Assembly: GCA_966210435.1 (NCBI GenBank)
Contig: CBIHLF010000024.1
Span: forward strand, 8,166 to 72,165
DNA length: 64,000 nucleotides
From: an uncultured Pseudomonas sp.
GTDB lineage: Bacteria > Pseudomonadota > Gammaproteobacteria > Pseudomonadales > Pseudomonadaceae
Direction: 5' to 3'
Both the position numbers and the translations under genes were made by a program. A model generated the notes under the pieces. That model was not told the DNA's origin. It saw nothing but the letters and a program-made list of their open reading frames with translations, and made no database searches. Position 1 is the stretch's first letter; each line of letters begins with the position of its first letter. Shown one piece after another: positions 17,696-27,129 of this stretch.

Positions 17696-18370
17696 ATGCG
17701 CATTCTGCTGGTCGAGGACCATCCGCAACTGGCCGCGAGCGTGGCCCAGGCGCTAAAAGACACCGGTCTGACGGTGGATGTGCTGCATGACGGGGTGGCC
17801 GCCGATCTGGCGCTGGCCAGCGAGGAGTATGCGTTGGCCATCCTCGATATCGGCTTGCCGCGCCTCGACGGTTTTCAGGTGCTGGCGCGTCTGCGCGAGC
17901 GCGGCAAGACCCTGCCGGTGCTGATGCTCACCGCGCGCGGCGAGGTCAAGGATCGGGTCCATGGCTTGAACCTCGGCGCTGACGACTATCTGGCCAAACC
18001 CTTCGAACTGACCGAATTGGAAGCGCGGGTCAAGGCACTGTTGCGGCGCAGCGTACTTGGTGGCGAGCAGCAGCAGCGTTGCGGCGAGCTGGTCTACGAC
18101 CTGGGCACCCGGCGTTTCAGCGTACAGGGTGCAAGCCTCAGCCTGACTTCGCGCGAACAGGCGGTGCTGGAAGCGATGATCGCCCGACCGGGGCGGGTGA
18201 TGAGCAAGGAGCAGTTGGCGGCGCAGGTGTTCGGCCTCGACGAGGAGGCCAGCGCCGACTCCATCGAGATTTATATCCATCGCCTGCGCAAGAAGCTCGA
18301 AGGCCACGCGGTGCGCATCGTCACCTTTCGCGGCCTGGGTTATTTGCTCGAGGCAGTTGCCGGTGACTGA
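17696..18370 (+). CDS. tctD: OmpR-family response regulator
   Basis: Trimmed to MRILLVEDHPQLAASV. Receiver domain plus winged-helix domain (IEIYIHRLRKKL...VTFRGLGYLL). Confidence 0.9.
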   Translation: MRILLVEDHPQLAASVAQALKDTGLTVDVLHDGVAADLALASEEYALAILDIGLPRLDGFQVLARLRERGKTLPVLMLTARGEVKDRVHGLNLGADDYLAKPFELTELEARVKALLRRSVLGGEQQQRCGELVYDLGTRRFSVQGASLSLTSREQAVLEAMIARPGRVMSKEQLAAQVFGLDEEASADSIEIYIHRLRKKLEGHAVRIVTFRGLGYLLEAVAGD

Positions 18371-19778
18371 GCGCCGAGGGCCGCGGACGGCTGCGCCGGG
18401 CAGCTTGCGTGGGCGGTTACTGCGGCGTCTGGCGCTGTTGCTTGCCCTGCTTTTGCTGGTCGCCAGCCTGAGCGCCTACTGGAGCGCCAGGCGCGCCGCC
18501 GACACCGCCTATGACCGCACCTTGCTGGCCTCCGCGCGGGCAATCGCCGAGGGGCTGTACTCGGACGATGGCAAGCTCAAGGCCAATGTGCCCTATGTCG
18601 CCCTGGACACCTTCGCCTACGACAGTGCCGGGCGCATCTATTACCAGGTGCTCGACCTGCGCGGCGAGCTGGTGTCGGGCTACGAAGACCTGCCCGCGCC
18701 GCCGTCGGGCACGCCGCGCACCGACGATTACCCGGCGCTGGCGCGCTTCTACGATGCCGATTACCACACCCAAGGCGTGCGGGTGGTAAGCCTGCTGCAA
18801 CCGGTTAGCGAACCGCAGCTCAATGGCATCGCCGAGATTCGAGTCGCCGAGACCCTGGGAGCCCGCGAGCGGATGGCGCGCGAGCTGCTCTATGGCACCT
18901 TGTGGCGCATGGGCTTGCTGGCGTTCAGCGCCTTGTTGCTGGTGTGGTTGGCGGTGAGCGCCGCCTTGCGCCCACTGGAGACCTTGAGGCGTACGGTTGC
19001 CAGCAGGGCGAGCGACGATCTGCGGCCACTGCCGGACAGCCAGCTGCCGCGCGAATTGCGCCCGCTGGTGAATGCGCTGAATCAGTTCAATGAGCGTCTG
19101 CATGGCCTGTTCGAGCGCCAGTCGCAATTCATCGCCGATGCCTCTCACGAATTGCGCACGCCCCTGGCCGCGCTCAAGGCGCGGGTCGAGTTGGGCCTGC
19201 GCGCCCAGCAGCCGGCGATCTGGCGCAGCACCCTGGAAGAGGCGGCGCAAAATACCGACAAGCTGACCCATCTGGCCAACCAGCTGTTGTCGCTGGCGCG
19301 TATCGAAAGCGGGGCGCGGGCGATCGCCGAAGGCGGGGCCGAGCGCCTGGACCTCAGTCACCTCACTCAGGAACTGGCGATGGCCCTGGCGCCCTTGGCG
19401 CATTCGCGCGGCGTCGCCCTGGCGCTCGAGGCGGATCAGCCGGTTTGGGTCCGCGGCGAGCCGACCTTGCTCAACGAGCTGCTGTGCAATCTGGTGGACA
19501 ATGCCCTGGCGCATACCCCGGCTGGCGGCAATGTGATCCTGCGTGTATCGCCGGGCGGTGTGCTGGAGGTGCAGGACGACGGGCCGGGCATACCCGAGGA
19601 TGAGCGCGACAAGGTCTTTCAGCGCTTCTACCGCCGCCATGCCGAGGGTACGGGGGCGGGGCTGGGCCTGGCTATCGTTGGCGAGATCTGCCGCGCCCAT
19701 CAGGCGCGGATCCGGCTGGATCACGCGGCGCCGCAAGGCCTGTGGGTGCGGGTGGAGTTCCCCCTGGATGCCGGCTAA
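18357..19778 (+). CDS. tctE: sensor histidine kinase partner of TctD
   Basis: Two TM segments flank a periplasmic domain. H-box FIADASHELRTPLAAL and N/G boxes LVDNALAHTP, DDGPGIP, GAGLGLAIV. The start is uncertain: TTG 18357 or GTG 18363, both overlapping the tctD stop at 18368-18370. Confidence 0.85.
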   Translation: MPVTERRGPRTAAPGSLRGRLLRRLALLLALLLLVASLSAYWSARRAADTAYDRTLLASARAIAEGLYSDDGKLKANVPYVALDTFAYDSAGRIYYQVLDLRGELVSGYEDLPAPPSGTPRTDDYPALARFYDADYHTQGVRVVSLLQPVSEPQLNGIAEIRVAETLGARERMARELLYGTLWRMGLLAFSALLLVWLAVSAALRPLETLRRTVASRASDDLRPLPDSQLPRELRPLVNALNQFNERLHGLFERQSQFIADASHELRTPLAALKARVELGLRAQQPAIWRSTLEEAAQNTDKLTHLANQLLSLARIESGARAIAEGGAERLDLSHLTQELAMALAPLAHSRGVALALEADQPVWVRGEPTLLNELLCNLVDNALAHTPAGGNVILRVSPGGVLEVQDDGPGIPEDERDKVFQRFYRRHAEGTGAGLGLAIVGEICRAHQARIRLDHAAPQGLWVRVEFPLDAG

Positions 19779-19835
19779 AGCCGGCGAGCCCCGCCAGGTT
19801 CAGTGTGGCAGGGCGCTATCGATGGCAGGCCCGGC

Positions 19836-20672
19836 TTATTGCAGCATGCTCATCGCCGCTTCCATGGCCGCGGAAAGGTCTTCGTCGTCATTGAGGTTCT
19901 GGCCCGGGTCGATACCGAGTTTGCCGAACGCCGGGATCGTGCTCCAGTCCAGCTGGGTGTAGGGGTGGGTGCTGCCCAGGTAGCTCTGCAGGGTGGCGAC
20001 CTGAACGATATCCACGTAATCGGCCTTGGCCGAGTCGCGGCTGAAATCCAGGTAGTTGTTCGGCACCATGGCGATCGGTTCGGGGAAATCCCAGGCGCGC
20101 AGAATCTTCTCGCCGATGATCGGGTGAATACGTTCGATGATGTGGTTGAGGCTGATCGAGTCGCGCAGCAGTTCGCCGTGTTCTTCCGCGTAGGTGAGGA
20201 TCGGCAGCACACCGATCATGTGTACCAGCCCGGCGAGTGTGGCCTGATCCGGTAGCAAACGGGTGTAGTGCTTGCAGAGAACGTGGCAAATGCCGGCAAT
20301 TTCGGTACTTTTATTCCAGACTTCGCGCATTTTGCGATCAACTACGTCGGAGGTGGCCTGGAACATCTGTTCCATCGCCAGGCCGGTCGCGAGGTTGCAG
20401 GTGTAATTGATGCCGAGCCGGCTGATAGCCATCTGCAGGTCGGTAATTTCCCTGTTGGTGCGTAGCAGTGGACTGTTCACCACCTTGATGATGCGCGCGG
20501 AGAGCGCCACGTCGTTGCCGATCACCTTGCTCAGATTGGGAATGCTGATATTCGGATCTTCCGCTGCTTCGCGGACTCGAAGGGCAACTTCCGGCAGAGT
20601 GGGTAGGACCAGCTCATCGTTGTCGATGGCCTTGATGAGTTCCTGTTGGACTTTCTCGGCAAGTTGGCTCAT
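19836..20672 (-). CDS. HDOD-domain protein (278 aa)
   Basis: Track ORF. N-terminal LPTLPEVALRVREAAEDPNISIPNLSKVIGNDVALSARIIKVVNSPL is the HDOD signature. Confidence 0.8.
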   Translation of the reverse strand: MSQLAEKVQQELIKAIDNDELVLPTLPEVALRVREAAEDPNISIPNLSKVIGNDVALSARIIKVVNSPLLRTNREITDLQMAISRLGINYTCNLATGLAMEQMFQATSDVVDRKMREVWNKSTEIAGICHVLCKHYTRLLPDQATLAGLVHMIGVLPILTYAEEHGELLRDSISLNHIIERIHPIIGEKILRAWDFPEPIAMVPNNYLDFSRDSAKADYVDIVQVATLQSYLGSTHPYTQLDWSTIPAFGKLGIDPGQNLNDDEDLSAAMEAAMSMLQ

Positions 20673-20713
20673 GCGAATTCTCTTAGGCGTTCAGGCAATC
20701 TAGTAGGAAACGG

Positions 20714-21655
20714 TTAGCGTTGGATTTCCAGGTCACGATCCAATACGTAGGGCAGGTCGAGCAGTTTGAGCGCAAGGCCCTCGGGGCTGGCGAGGTGGAT
20801 TCGCCCGTCGCTGGCTGCATCTTCCTGCAGTACCGCCAATAATTCGATGCCGTTTTCGCTCCGGGCGGCGAGGACCACTTCGCCGACGCTGCTCTCATGT
20901 ACCGGAGAGAATAGCGCGTCCGCGGGGGCAGGTAGGTGATTGGCTTCCAAACTCAGGCGATACAGTCGGCGTTTCAGTTTGCCGAGGTACTGCATGCGCG
21001 CGACTATCTCCTGCCCGGTATAGCAGCCCTTCTTGAAACTCACTGCGCCGAGGGCCTGCAGGTTGAGCATCTGTGGGATGAACAGTTCACGGGTCGCGCC
21101 GAAGACCTGGCCGACGCCGGCACGGACCTGGGCCAGCAACCAGCTGTCGAGCGGGACATGCGGCAGGTGGTTGGTCAGATGTAGATGCAGGCTTTGCGCT
21201 TGAGAGGCGGGCGCCCAGAGTTCGGCGCGGCCATCGCTCAGGCGGGTGGCCAGCAATTCGTTGTGGCGAACCAGGCTGTTGGCGCCTTTTGGCAACTCGA
21301 GACCGAGGCTGCGCAGGGCTTCGTCGCCACCGCTCAGGCCGAAGCGGTGCCAGGCGTTGCTGGCATCGCTGAGCTTGGACTTGCTGAACACCGCGTACTT
21401 TTGCAGCTCGGCGAGTTGTGGTTCGACCAGTTCGCGACTCATGGCCAGGAGGAATGAGTCGTCCATGCCGAGGATACGAAAGCTTGAAAACATGCGGCCT
21501 TTCTGCGTGCAGCGCGCGCCCAGGCTGGAGGTGCTCTCGTTCAGATAGTTGAGGTTGCAGGTCAGCTGGCCTTGAAGGAATTTACCGGCATCGGGGCCTT
21601 GGATGGCAAGAACGCCTTCGTGATCGAGGGAGCAGAAAAACGCGGTATCGGCCAT
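20714..21655 (-). CDS. ygfZ: folate-binding Fe-S cluster repair / tRNA-modification protein YgfZ
   Basis: Track ORF. The motif SFKKGCYTGQEIVARMQYLGKLKRR is the YgfZ KGC[Y/F]xGQE signature. Confidence 0.85.
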   Translation of the reverse strand: MADTAFFCSLDHEGVLAIQGPDAGKFLQGQLTCNLNYLNESTSSLGARCTQKGRMFSSFRILGMDDSFLLAMSRELVEPQLAELQKYAVFSKSKLSDASNAWHRFGLSGGDEALRSLGLELPKGANSLVRHNELLATRLSDGRAELWAPASQAQSLHLHLTNHLPHVPLDSWLLAQVRAGVGQVFGATRELFIPQMLNLQALGAVSFKKGCYTGQEIVARMQYLGKLKRRLYRLSLEANHLPAPADALFSPVHESSVGEVVLAARSENGIELLAVLQEDAASDGRIHLASPEGLALKLLDLPYVLDRDLEIQR

Positions 21656-21806
21656 GGGGTGAGCTATCGCAAACGTAGAGTGAGGACCGCCATGATAGAG
21701 CGCGGCCCTGGGCTTGTCAGCGCTTGCAGTCGGTCAGTTTGCTGGTGGCGATCAACAGCGGCGCTTTTCGCCGTTATACTGCGCGCCTCATTCAAGGAGC
21801 AGCCCC

Positions 21807-22061
21807 ATGGTCGACTCGGTTGAACTCAATCGTCTTTTTTGGCACAGCCGACGCGGCATGCTGGAGCTGGACGTGCTGTTGGTGCCTTTCGTCAAGGAGG
21901 TTTATGCCACCCTGGATGCCGAGGATCGCGAGCGTTACCGCAAACTGCTCGAATGTGAGGATCAGGATATGTTCGGCTGGTTTATGCAACGATCGGAGCC
22001 TGAGGATGCCGATATCAAGCGCATGGTTCAGATGATTCTGGATCGTGTCCAGCCCAAGTGA
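21807..22061 (+). CDS. sdhE: FAD assembly factor SdhE (YgfY/CptB family, 84 aa)
   Basis: Trimmed to [25 protein letters not shown]. The RGxxE motif is present. Confidence 0.85.
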   Translation: MVDSVELNRLFWHSRRGMLELDVLLVPFVKEVYATLDAEDRERYRKLLECEDQDMFGWFMQRSEPEDADIKRMVQMILDRVQPK

Positions 22062-22497
22062 AGCCTTCGAATGCCGGTGGCGACCCTCGCCCGGGTTGCT
22101 CACGCTGTATGCGCTGATCCAGCTTCTGGCGCTCTGCAGTCTGTACTGGGTGGAGATTGTCCCCTGGGCTCGTTTTTTCGCTGTGGCGCTGTGCGTGGCC
22201 CATGCCTGCTGGGTCGTGCCGCGGCACCTGCTGTTCAGCGTGCCGGAGGCATACACCGCCTTGCGGCATGGCGCGCAGGGTTGGCAAGTTGGCAGCGCGG
22301 CCTGCGGCTGGCAGTCGATCGAACTGCGTCCGGACAGTCTGGCGTTGCCATTGATAGTCGTGTTGCGTTTTCGCCTGAGCGGGCAGCGGCGCGTTCGTGC
22401 GTTGTGCATCGCCTGTGACGGCTTGCCGCGCGACGTGCATCGCCGCTTGCGGGTACGGCTGAAATTCAGTCGCCGTAGGTGGGGGGCGTCAAAATAG
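22045..22497 (+). CDS. ygfX: YgfX/CptA-family inner-membrane protein (150 aa)
   Basis: GTG start at 22045 overlaps the sdhE end by 17 nt. Two TM helices, then a basic C-terminal domain. Same position and architecture as E. coli ygfX downstream of ygfY. Confidence 0.65.
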   Translation: MSSPSEAFECRWRPSPGLLTLYALIQLLALCSLYWVEIVPWARFFAVALCVAHACWVVPRHLLFSVPEAYTALRHGAQGWQVGSAACGWQSIELRPDSLALPLIVVLRFRLSGQRRVRALCIACDGLPRDVHRRLRVRLKFSRRRWGASK

Positions 22498-24082
22498 TAT
22501 CCCGCGCCTGCGGCAGCAGCTGCGGATAGTCCAGGGTGTAGTGCAGGCCTCGGCTTTCGTGGCGCTGCATTGCCGAGCGGATCATCAATTCGGCGACCTG
22601 GGCCAGGTTGCGCAACTCGATCAGGTCGCGGCTGACCTTGTAGTTACTGTAGAACTCGTGGATCTCGTCGAGTAGCAGGCGTACCCGGTGTTCGGCGCGC
22701 TGCAAGCGCTTGTTGGTGCGCACGATGCCGACGTAGTCCCACATGAAGCGCCGTAGTTCATCCCAATTGTGCGCAATGATCACGTCCTCGTCCGAGTCGG
22801 TAACCTGGCTGGTATCCCAGGTCGGTAAGCTGGCGGGCATCGCGACCCGATCCAGTTGCTCGGTGATATCGGCGGCCGCGGCGCGGGCATAAACGAAACA
22901 CTCCAGCAGCGAATTGCTGGCCATGCGGTTGGCGCCATGCAGGCCGGTGAAGCTGGTCTCGCCAATGGCGTACAGGCCCGGTACATCGGTGCGACCGTGT
23001 TGGTCGACCACCACGCCGCCGCAGGTGTAGTGCGCCGCGGGCACCACCGGGATGGGCTGTTTGGTGATGTCGATGCCAAAATCCAGGCAGCGCTCATAAA
23101 CTGTGGGGAAGTGCGACTTGATGAACTCGGCCGGTTTGTGGCTGATGTCGAGGAATACGCAGTCTATACCCAGGCGCTTCATCTCATGATCGATAGCGCG
23201 CGCGACTATATCGCGTGGGGCCAGTTCGGCGCGCTCGTCGAAGCGCGGCATGAAGCGTTCGCCATTAGGCAGCTTGAGCAGCGCGCCTTCGCCACGCAGC
23301 GCCTCGGTGACCAGGAAACTCTTGGCCTGCGGATGGTAAAGGCAGGTCGGGTGGAACTGGTTGAACTCCAGGTTGCCGACCCGGCAGCCGGCACGCCAGG
23401 CCATGGCGATGCCATCGCCGCAAGCGCCGTCGGGGTTGCTGGTATAGAGATAGACCTTGGCCGCGCCGCCGGTGGCGAGAATTACAAAGCGTGCGCGCAG
23501 CGTATCGACCTCGCCGCTGGCGCGATTGAGTACGTACGCGCCCAAGCAGCGCCGGCCTTCCTGGCCCAGTTTGCGCTCGGTGATCAGGTCGACGGCGACG
23601 CGCTGCTCCAGCAGTTCAATGTTGCCGCGCAGTCTTGCCTGTTCGAGCAGTGTGTTGAAAATCGCGGCGCCGGTCGCATCGGCCGCATGGATGATGCGTC
23701 TATGGCTGTGGCCGCCTTCGCGAGTCAGGTGAAATTCGAAGCCGCCATCTTCACGAGCGGTCTGGTCGTCGCGGGTAAAGGGCACCCCCTGGTCGATCAG
23801 CCATTGAATTGCCTCGCGACTATGCTCTACCGTAAAGCGTACTGCCGCTTCACGACACAGGCCACCGCCTGCATTGAGGGTGTCTTCCACATGGGATTCA
23901 ATGGTATCGGTATCGTCCAATACCGCCGCCACGCCGCCCTGGGCCCAATAGGTTGAGCCGTGGGAAAGATCGCCCTTGCTCAGTACGGCGATACGCAGGT
24001 CGCCGGGCAGGGTTAAGGCCAGGGTCAAGCCGGCAGCGCCGCTGCCTATGACCAGAACGTCGTGTTGGTAATGTCGACTCAT
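22466..24082 (-). CDS. nadB: L-aspartate oxidase
   Basis: Trimmed to [19 protein letters not shown]. Motifs [11 protein letters not shown] and RFHPTCLY-like NQFHPTCLY. 538 aa. Confidence 0.95.
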   Translation of the reverse strand: MSRHYQHDVLVIGSGAAGLTLALTLPGDLRIAVLSKGDLSHGSTYWAQGGVAAVLDDTDTIESHVEDTLNAGGGLCREAAVRFTVEHSREAIQWLIDQGVPFTRDDQTAREDGGFEFHLTREGGHSHRRIIHAADATGAAIFNTLLEQARLRGNIELLEQRVAVDLITERKLGQEGRRCLGAYVLNRASGEVDTLRARFVILATGGAAKVYLYTSNPDGACGDGIAMAWRAGCRVGNLEFNQFHPTCLYHPQAKSFLVTEALRGEGALLKLPNGERFMPRFDERAELAPRDIVARAIDHEMKRLGIDCVFLDISHKPAEFIKSHFPTVYERCLDFGIDITKQPIPVVPAAHYTCGGVVVDQHGRTDVPGLYAIGETSFTGLHGANRMASNSLLECFVYARAAAADITEQLDRVAMPASLPTWDTSQVTDSDEDVIIAHNWDELRRFMWDYVGIVRTNKRLQRAEHRVRLLLDEIHEFYSNYKVSRDLIELRNLAQVAELMIRSAMQRHESRGLHYTLDYPQLLPQARDTILTPPTYGD

Positions 24083-24167
24083 GTCCGTATCCGCTGAAAA
24101 CGCGGCTTTAGTATATAGAGAGGGCGGTCTGCACAATAGCGGGTTAATAAACCGTTATGGTGCTGGG

Positions 24168-24193
24168 GAACTTTGTTAGCATTTTGAGTTCTA
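24168..24193 (+). promoter_or_regulatory. AlgU/sigma-E-type promoter (distal): GAACTT-N16-TCTA
   Basis: GAACTT at 24168-24173 and TCTA at 24190-24193. This matches the GAACTT-N16/17-TCtgA consensus of AlgU-dependent promoters. Confidence 0.55.
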
Positions 24194-24382
24194 TAAACTT
24201 CTGTCTGGAGCGTTCTGTGTTGCCGGGGCGATGTGCGGTGGGCTCGAGTCGTATGGGTTGGGGGTCGAGGTCAGAGGTCAGGCGTGTGAAATTATTTGCG
24301 CGGCAAGGGTTCAGGTTCAGTTCGTTGTTGCGTTATCCGAGCAGGGTCGTACGTTATCTGCAGGAAACTTGTTTAGAGGGGA

Positions 24383-24408
24383 GAACTTTTGCGCAAGGTC
24401 CTAGTCTA
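24383..24408 (+). promoter_or_regulatory. AlgU/sigma-E-type promoter (proximal): GAACTT-N16-TCTA
   Basis: GAGAACTTTTGCGCAAGGTCCTAGTCTAC closely resembles the autoregulated P. aeruginosa algU promoter (GAGAACTTTTGCAAGAAGCCCGAGTCTATC, from memory). It lies about 60 nt upstream of the algU ATG. Confidence 0.65.
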
Positions 24409-24468
24409 CTTCAGCAGGCGGTCTGACTGGCTTGCGCGGCACCCCTCCGAACCCTATGAGGAGTGTTC

Positions 24469-25050
24469 ATGTTAACCCAGGAAGAGGATCAGCAACTGGT
24501 CGAGCGCGTGCAGCGTGGCGATAAGCGTGCTTTCGATCTGCTAGTGCTGAAATACCAGCACAAAATTCTCGGGTTGATCGTGCGTTTTGTGCATGACACC
24601 CATGAAGCACAGGATGTGGCGCAGGAAGCCTTCGTCAAGGCGTACCGGGCGTTAGGTAATTTTCGCGGCGACAGCGCTTTTTATACATGGCTATATCGCA
24701 TTGCGATCAATACGGCAAAAAACTATCTGGTTTCGCGTGGTCGGCGTCCACCGGATAGCGATGTAAGCACCGACGATGCGGAGTTCTATGACGGCAATCA
24801 TGCTCTGAAGGATATCGAATCGCCGGAGCGCACGTTATTGCGAGATGAAATCGAAGCCACCGTGCATCGGACCATCGAGCAGTTGCCAGAAGATTTGCGT
24901 ATGGCGCTAACCTTGCGTGAGTTTGATGGTCTTAGTTACGAAGACATCGCGAGTGTCATGCAATGTCCGGTTGGTACCGTGCGATCACGAATTTTTCGAG
25001 CGCGCGAAGCCATTGATAAGTCCCTGCAGCCTTTATTGCAGGAAGCCTAA
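24469..25050 (+). CDS. algU: ECF sigma factor AlgU/RpoE (sigma-E)
   Basis: MLTQEEDQQLVERVQRGDKRAFDLLVLKYQHKILGLIVRFVHD is nearly identical to P. aeruginosa AlgU as I remember it. 193 aa. Confidence 0.95.
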   Translation: MLTQEEDQQLVERVQRGDKRAFDLLVLKYQHKILGLIVRFVHDTHEAQDVAQEAFVKAYRALGNFRGDSAFYTWLYRIAINTAKNYLVSRGRRPPDSDVSTDDAEFYDGNHALKDIESPERTLLRDEIEATVHRTIEQLPEDLRMALTLREFDGLSYEDIASVMQCPVGTVRSRIFRAREAIDKSLQPLLQEA

Positions 25051-25081
25051 GGCAGCGGTGTAAAGCGAGAGAGGAATCGTC

Positions 25082-25675
25082 ATGAGTCGTGAAAACCTAC
25101 AGGAATCGCTGTCCGCGGTTATGGATAACGAGGCGGATGAGTTGGAGTTGCGGCGTGTGCTCAACGCCAGCGATGCATCCGAAGTGCGCGCCACCTGGTC
25201 ACGCTATCAGCTCGCTCGTGCGGCCATCCATAAAGAACTGCTGGAGCCGCGCCTGGATCTCGCCGCCGCCGTTTCCGCAGCGCTTGCCGATGAGGCGGTG
25301 CCCGTCGTGAAGAAGCGTTTTCAGGCGCCTTGGCGCACGCTGGGACGCTTGGCGGTTGCGGCTTCGGTTACGGTCGCCGTATTGGCGGGCGTGCGCTTGT
25401 ACAATCAGGACGAGGTTGCCGGTGCGCAGCAAATGGCTCAGCAGGCTGCGATGCCGAGTCTGGCTATCCCTCAGATGCAGGGGCCGGCGATGTTGGCGGG
25501 CTTCAATGCGGAGCGTGAAAACCTGCCTGCCGGCGCTGCGTCGACACAAGCGCAAGCCGGCTGGCATGAGCTGCGTTTGCCGGCGTACCTGCGTCAGCAC
25601 GCTCAGCAAGCGGCCATGAGTGCGAACGAAAGCGCGTTGCCTTATGCCCGTGCGGCAAGTATGGAAGGCCAGTAA
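25082..25675 (+). CDS. mucA: anti-sigma-E factor MucA
   Basis: RseA-type N-terminus MSRENLQESLSAVMDNEADELELRRVL. Central TM segment. Position after algU. Confidence 0.9.
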   Translation: MSRENLQESLSAVMDNEADELELRRVLNASDASEVRATWSRYQLARAAIHKELLEPRLDLAAAVSAALADEAVPVVKKRFQAPWRTLGRLAVAASVTVAVLAGVRLYNQDEVAGAQQMAQQAAMPSLAIPQMQGPAMLAGFNAERENLPAGAASTQAQAGWHELRLPAYLRQHAQQAAMSANESALPYARAASMEGQ

Positions 25676-25683
25676 GGAGGCGC

Positions 25684-26640
25684 ATGCGCTGCTCTATATT
25701 GTTGACCGCTGTTCTGGCTGTCAGTTGGCTGGCTACGCCGGTTCAGGCCGCCAGTGCCCAGGATTGGCTGCAGCGCTTGGCTGATGCCGAGCGCCAGCAG
25801 AGTTTCCAGGGAACTTTCGTCTATGAGCGCAATGGCAGCTTCTCCACACATAGCGTGCGTCATCGGGTCGAAGAAGATGGTTCCACACGCGAACGATTCT
25901 TGCAGCTCGATGGCTCCGCCCAGGAAATCGTACGAGCCGACGGGCAGGTAAAGTGCGTCAGTGGCGCCTTGGTCGATCAATTGGCCAGTGGCCAGGTCTG
26001 GCCTGCGCGCCAGTTGGATGTCCAGCGACTGATGCAGTGGTACGACTTGCGCTTGGTCGGCGAGTCCCGGGTGGCTGGGCGCAAGACGGTCGTGTTGGCG
26101 CTGCTGCCGCGTGATCAGCATCGCTACGGGATCGAGTTGCACCTTGATCAGCAGACTGGCTTGCCGCTGAAGTCGTTGTTGCTTAACGATAAAGGCCAGT
26201 TGCTCGAGCGTTTTCAGTTCACTCAGTTGGATACCGAGACGATTCCGACTGTCGAGGCCTTGCAGCCCGCCGCTGGCTGCAAGGCGATGCAGACTGCGCC
26301 GAAGCAGGAATTGACCAAATCCGCCTGGCGCTCTGATTGGCTCCCCCCTGGCTTTACATTGAATGCTGTCATCGAACGGCGTAGCCCTGCTTCCGCTGAC
26401 ATGGTCGATGGCCTGGTCTACGGCGACGGCATGGCGCGTTTTTCGGTTTTCCTCGAGCCCCTGCATGGGGCGTTGGTGGAAGACGCCCGTAGCCAGCTGG
26501 GGCCTACTGTCGCGGTGTCGCGGCGTCTTTCTACTTCCGACGGCGATGTGATGGTGACTGTCGTTGGTGAGATTCCGTTGGGAACCGCTGAGCGGGTTGC
26601 CCTCTCCATGCGCGCGGCGGGGGCTCCAGTTTCTCCATGA
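25684..26640 (+). CDS. mucB: sigma-E regulatory protein MucB/RseB
   Basis: Signal peptide. The WLQRLADAERQQSFQGTFVYERNG motif is typical of RseB. Confidence 0.9.
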   Translation: MRCSILLTAVLAVSWLATPVQAASAQDWLQRLADAERQQSFQGTFVYERNGSFSTHSVRHRVEEDGSTRERFLQLDGSAQEIVRADGQVKCVSGALVDQLASGQVWPARQLDVQRLMQWYDLRLVGESRVAGRKTVVLALLPRDQHRYGIELHLDQQTGLPLKSLLLNDKGQLLERFQFTQLDTETIPTVEALQPAAGCKAMQTAPKQELTKSAWRSDWLPPGFTLNAVIERRSPASADMVDGLVYGDGMARFSVFLEPLHGALVEDARSQLGPTVAVSRRLSTSDGDVMVTVVGEIPLGTAERVALSMRAAGAPVSP

Positions 26641-27092
26641 TCGAAGAGCAAGGTCGGGTCATTGCGCTCGAACCAGGTGCGGTCTGGGTTGAAACGTTGC
26701 GCAAGAGCACGTGCTCCAGTTGTTCCGCCAAGGCAGGTTGTGGCCAGGGGGTGCTCGATAAATTGGGGGTCGAGGGGCGCCGAGGTCATGTGCGGGCCTT
26801 ATGCGATCTACAGCTCGAGATTGGCGACGCGGTGGTGATCGGTGTGCGTGAGGATCTGCTAGTGCGGGGGGCTCTACTGGTTTATCTGATACCTCTGCTA
26901 GGGCTGTTTGCCGGTGCGTTATTGGCGCAATGGTTGACCCTGGGCGAGCCGTTGGTCATTGTTGGTGCGGCTTTGGGGTTTCTTCTTTCCTGGATTCTGG
27001 TGCGTTGGCGCAGTGCCCGTAGCGCTGACGACCCAGCGTTGCAGCCCGTGGTTGTGCGGGCTTTGCTGGTGGGGGTTGGTGCAGCAGTTTAA
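26637..27092 (+). CDS. mucC: MucC/RseC-family positive regulator of sigma-E
   Basis: ATGA overlap with mucB. Cys cluster STCSSCSAKAGCGQG followed by two TM helices. Confidence 0.85.
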   Translation: MIEEQGRVIALEPGAVWVETLRKSTCSSCSAKAGCGQGVLDKLGVEGRRGHVRALCDLQLEIGDAVVIGVREDLLVRGALLVYLIPLLGLFAGALLAQWLTLGEPLVIVGAALGFLLSWILVRWRSARSADDPALQPVVVRALLVGVGAAV

Positions 27093-27129
27093 GTTTCTGG
27101 TTGTTCCACAATGGGGAGTAGTAGTGTCG

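Noticed and set aside
18417-19736. 439-aa ORF antisense to tctE
   Set aside because: Antisense shadow ORF. The plus frame carries the complete H, N and G boxes of a histidine kinase.
24157-24426. 89-aa ORF in the nadB-algU intergenic region
   Set aside because: It lies in the AT-richer promoter region that contains the two AlgU-type promoters. It has no SD and a codon usage unlike its neighbours.
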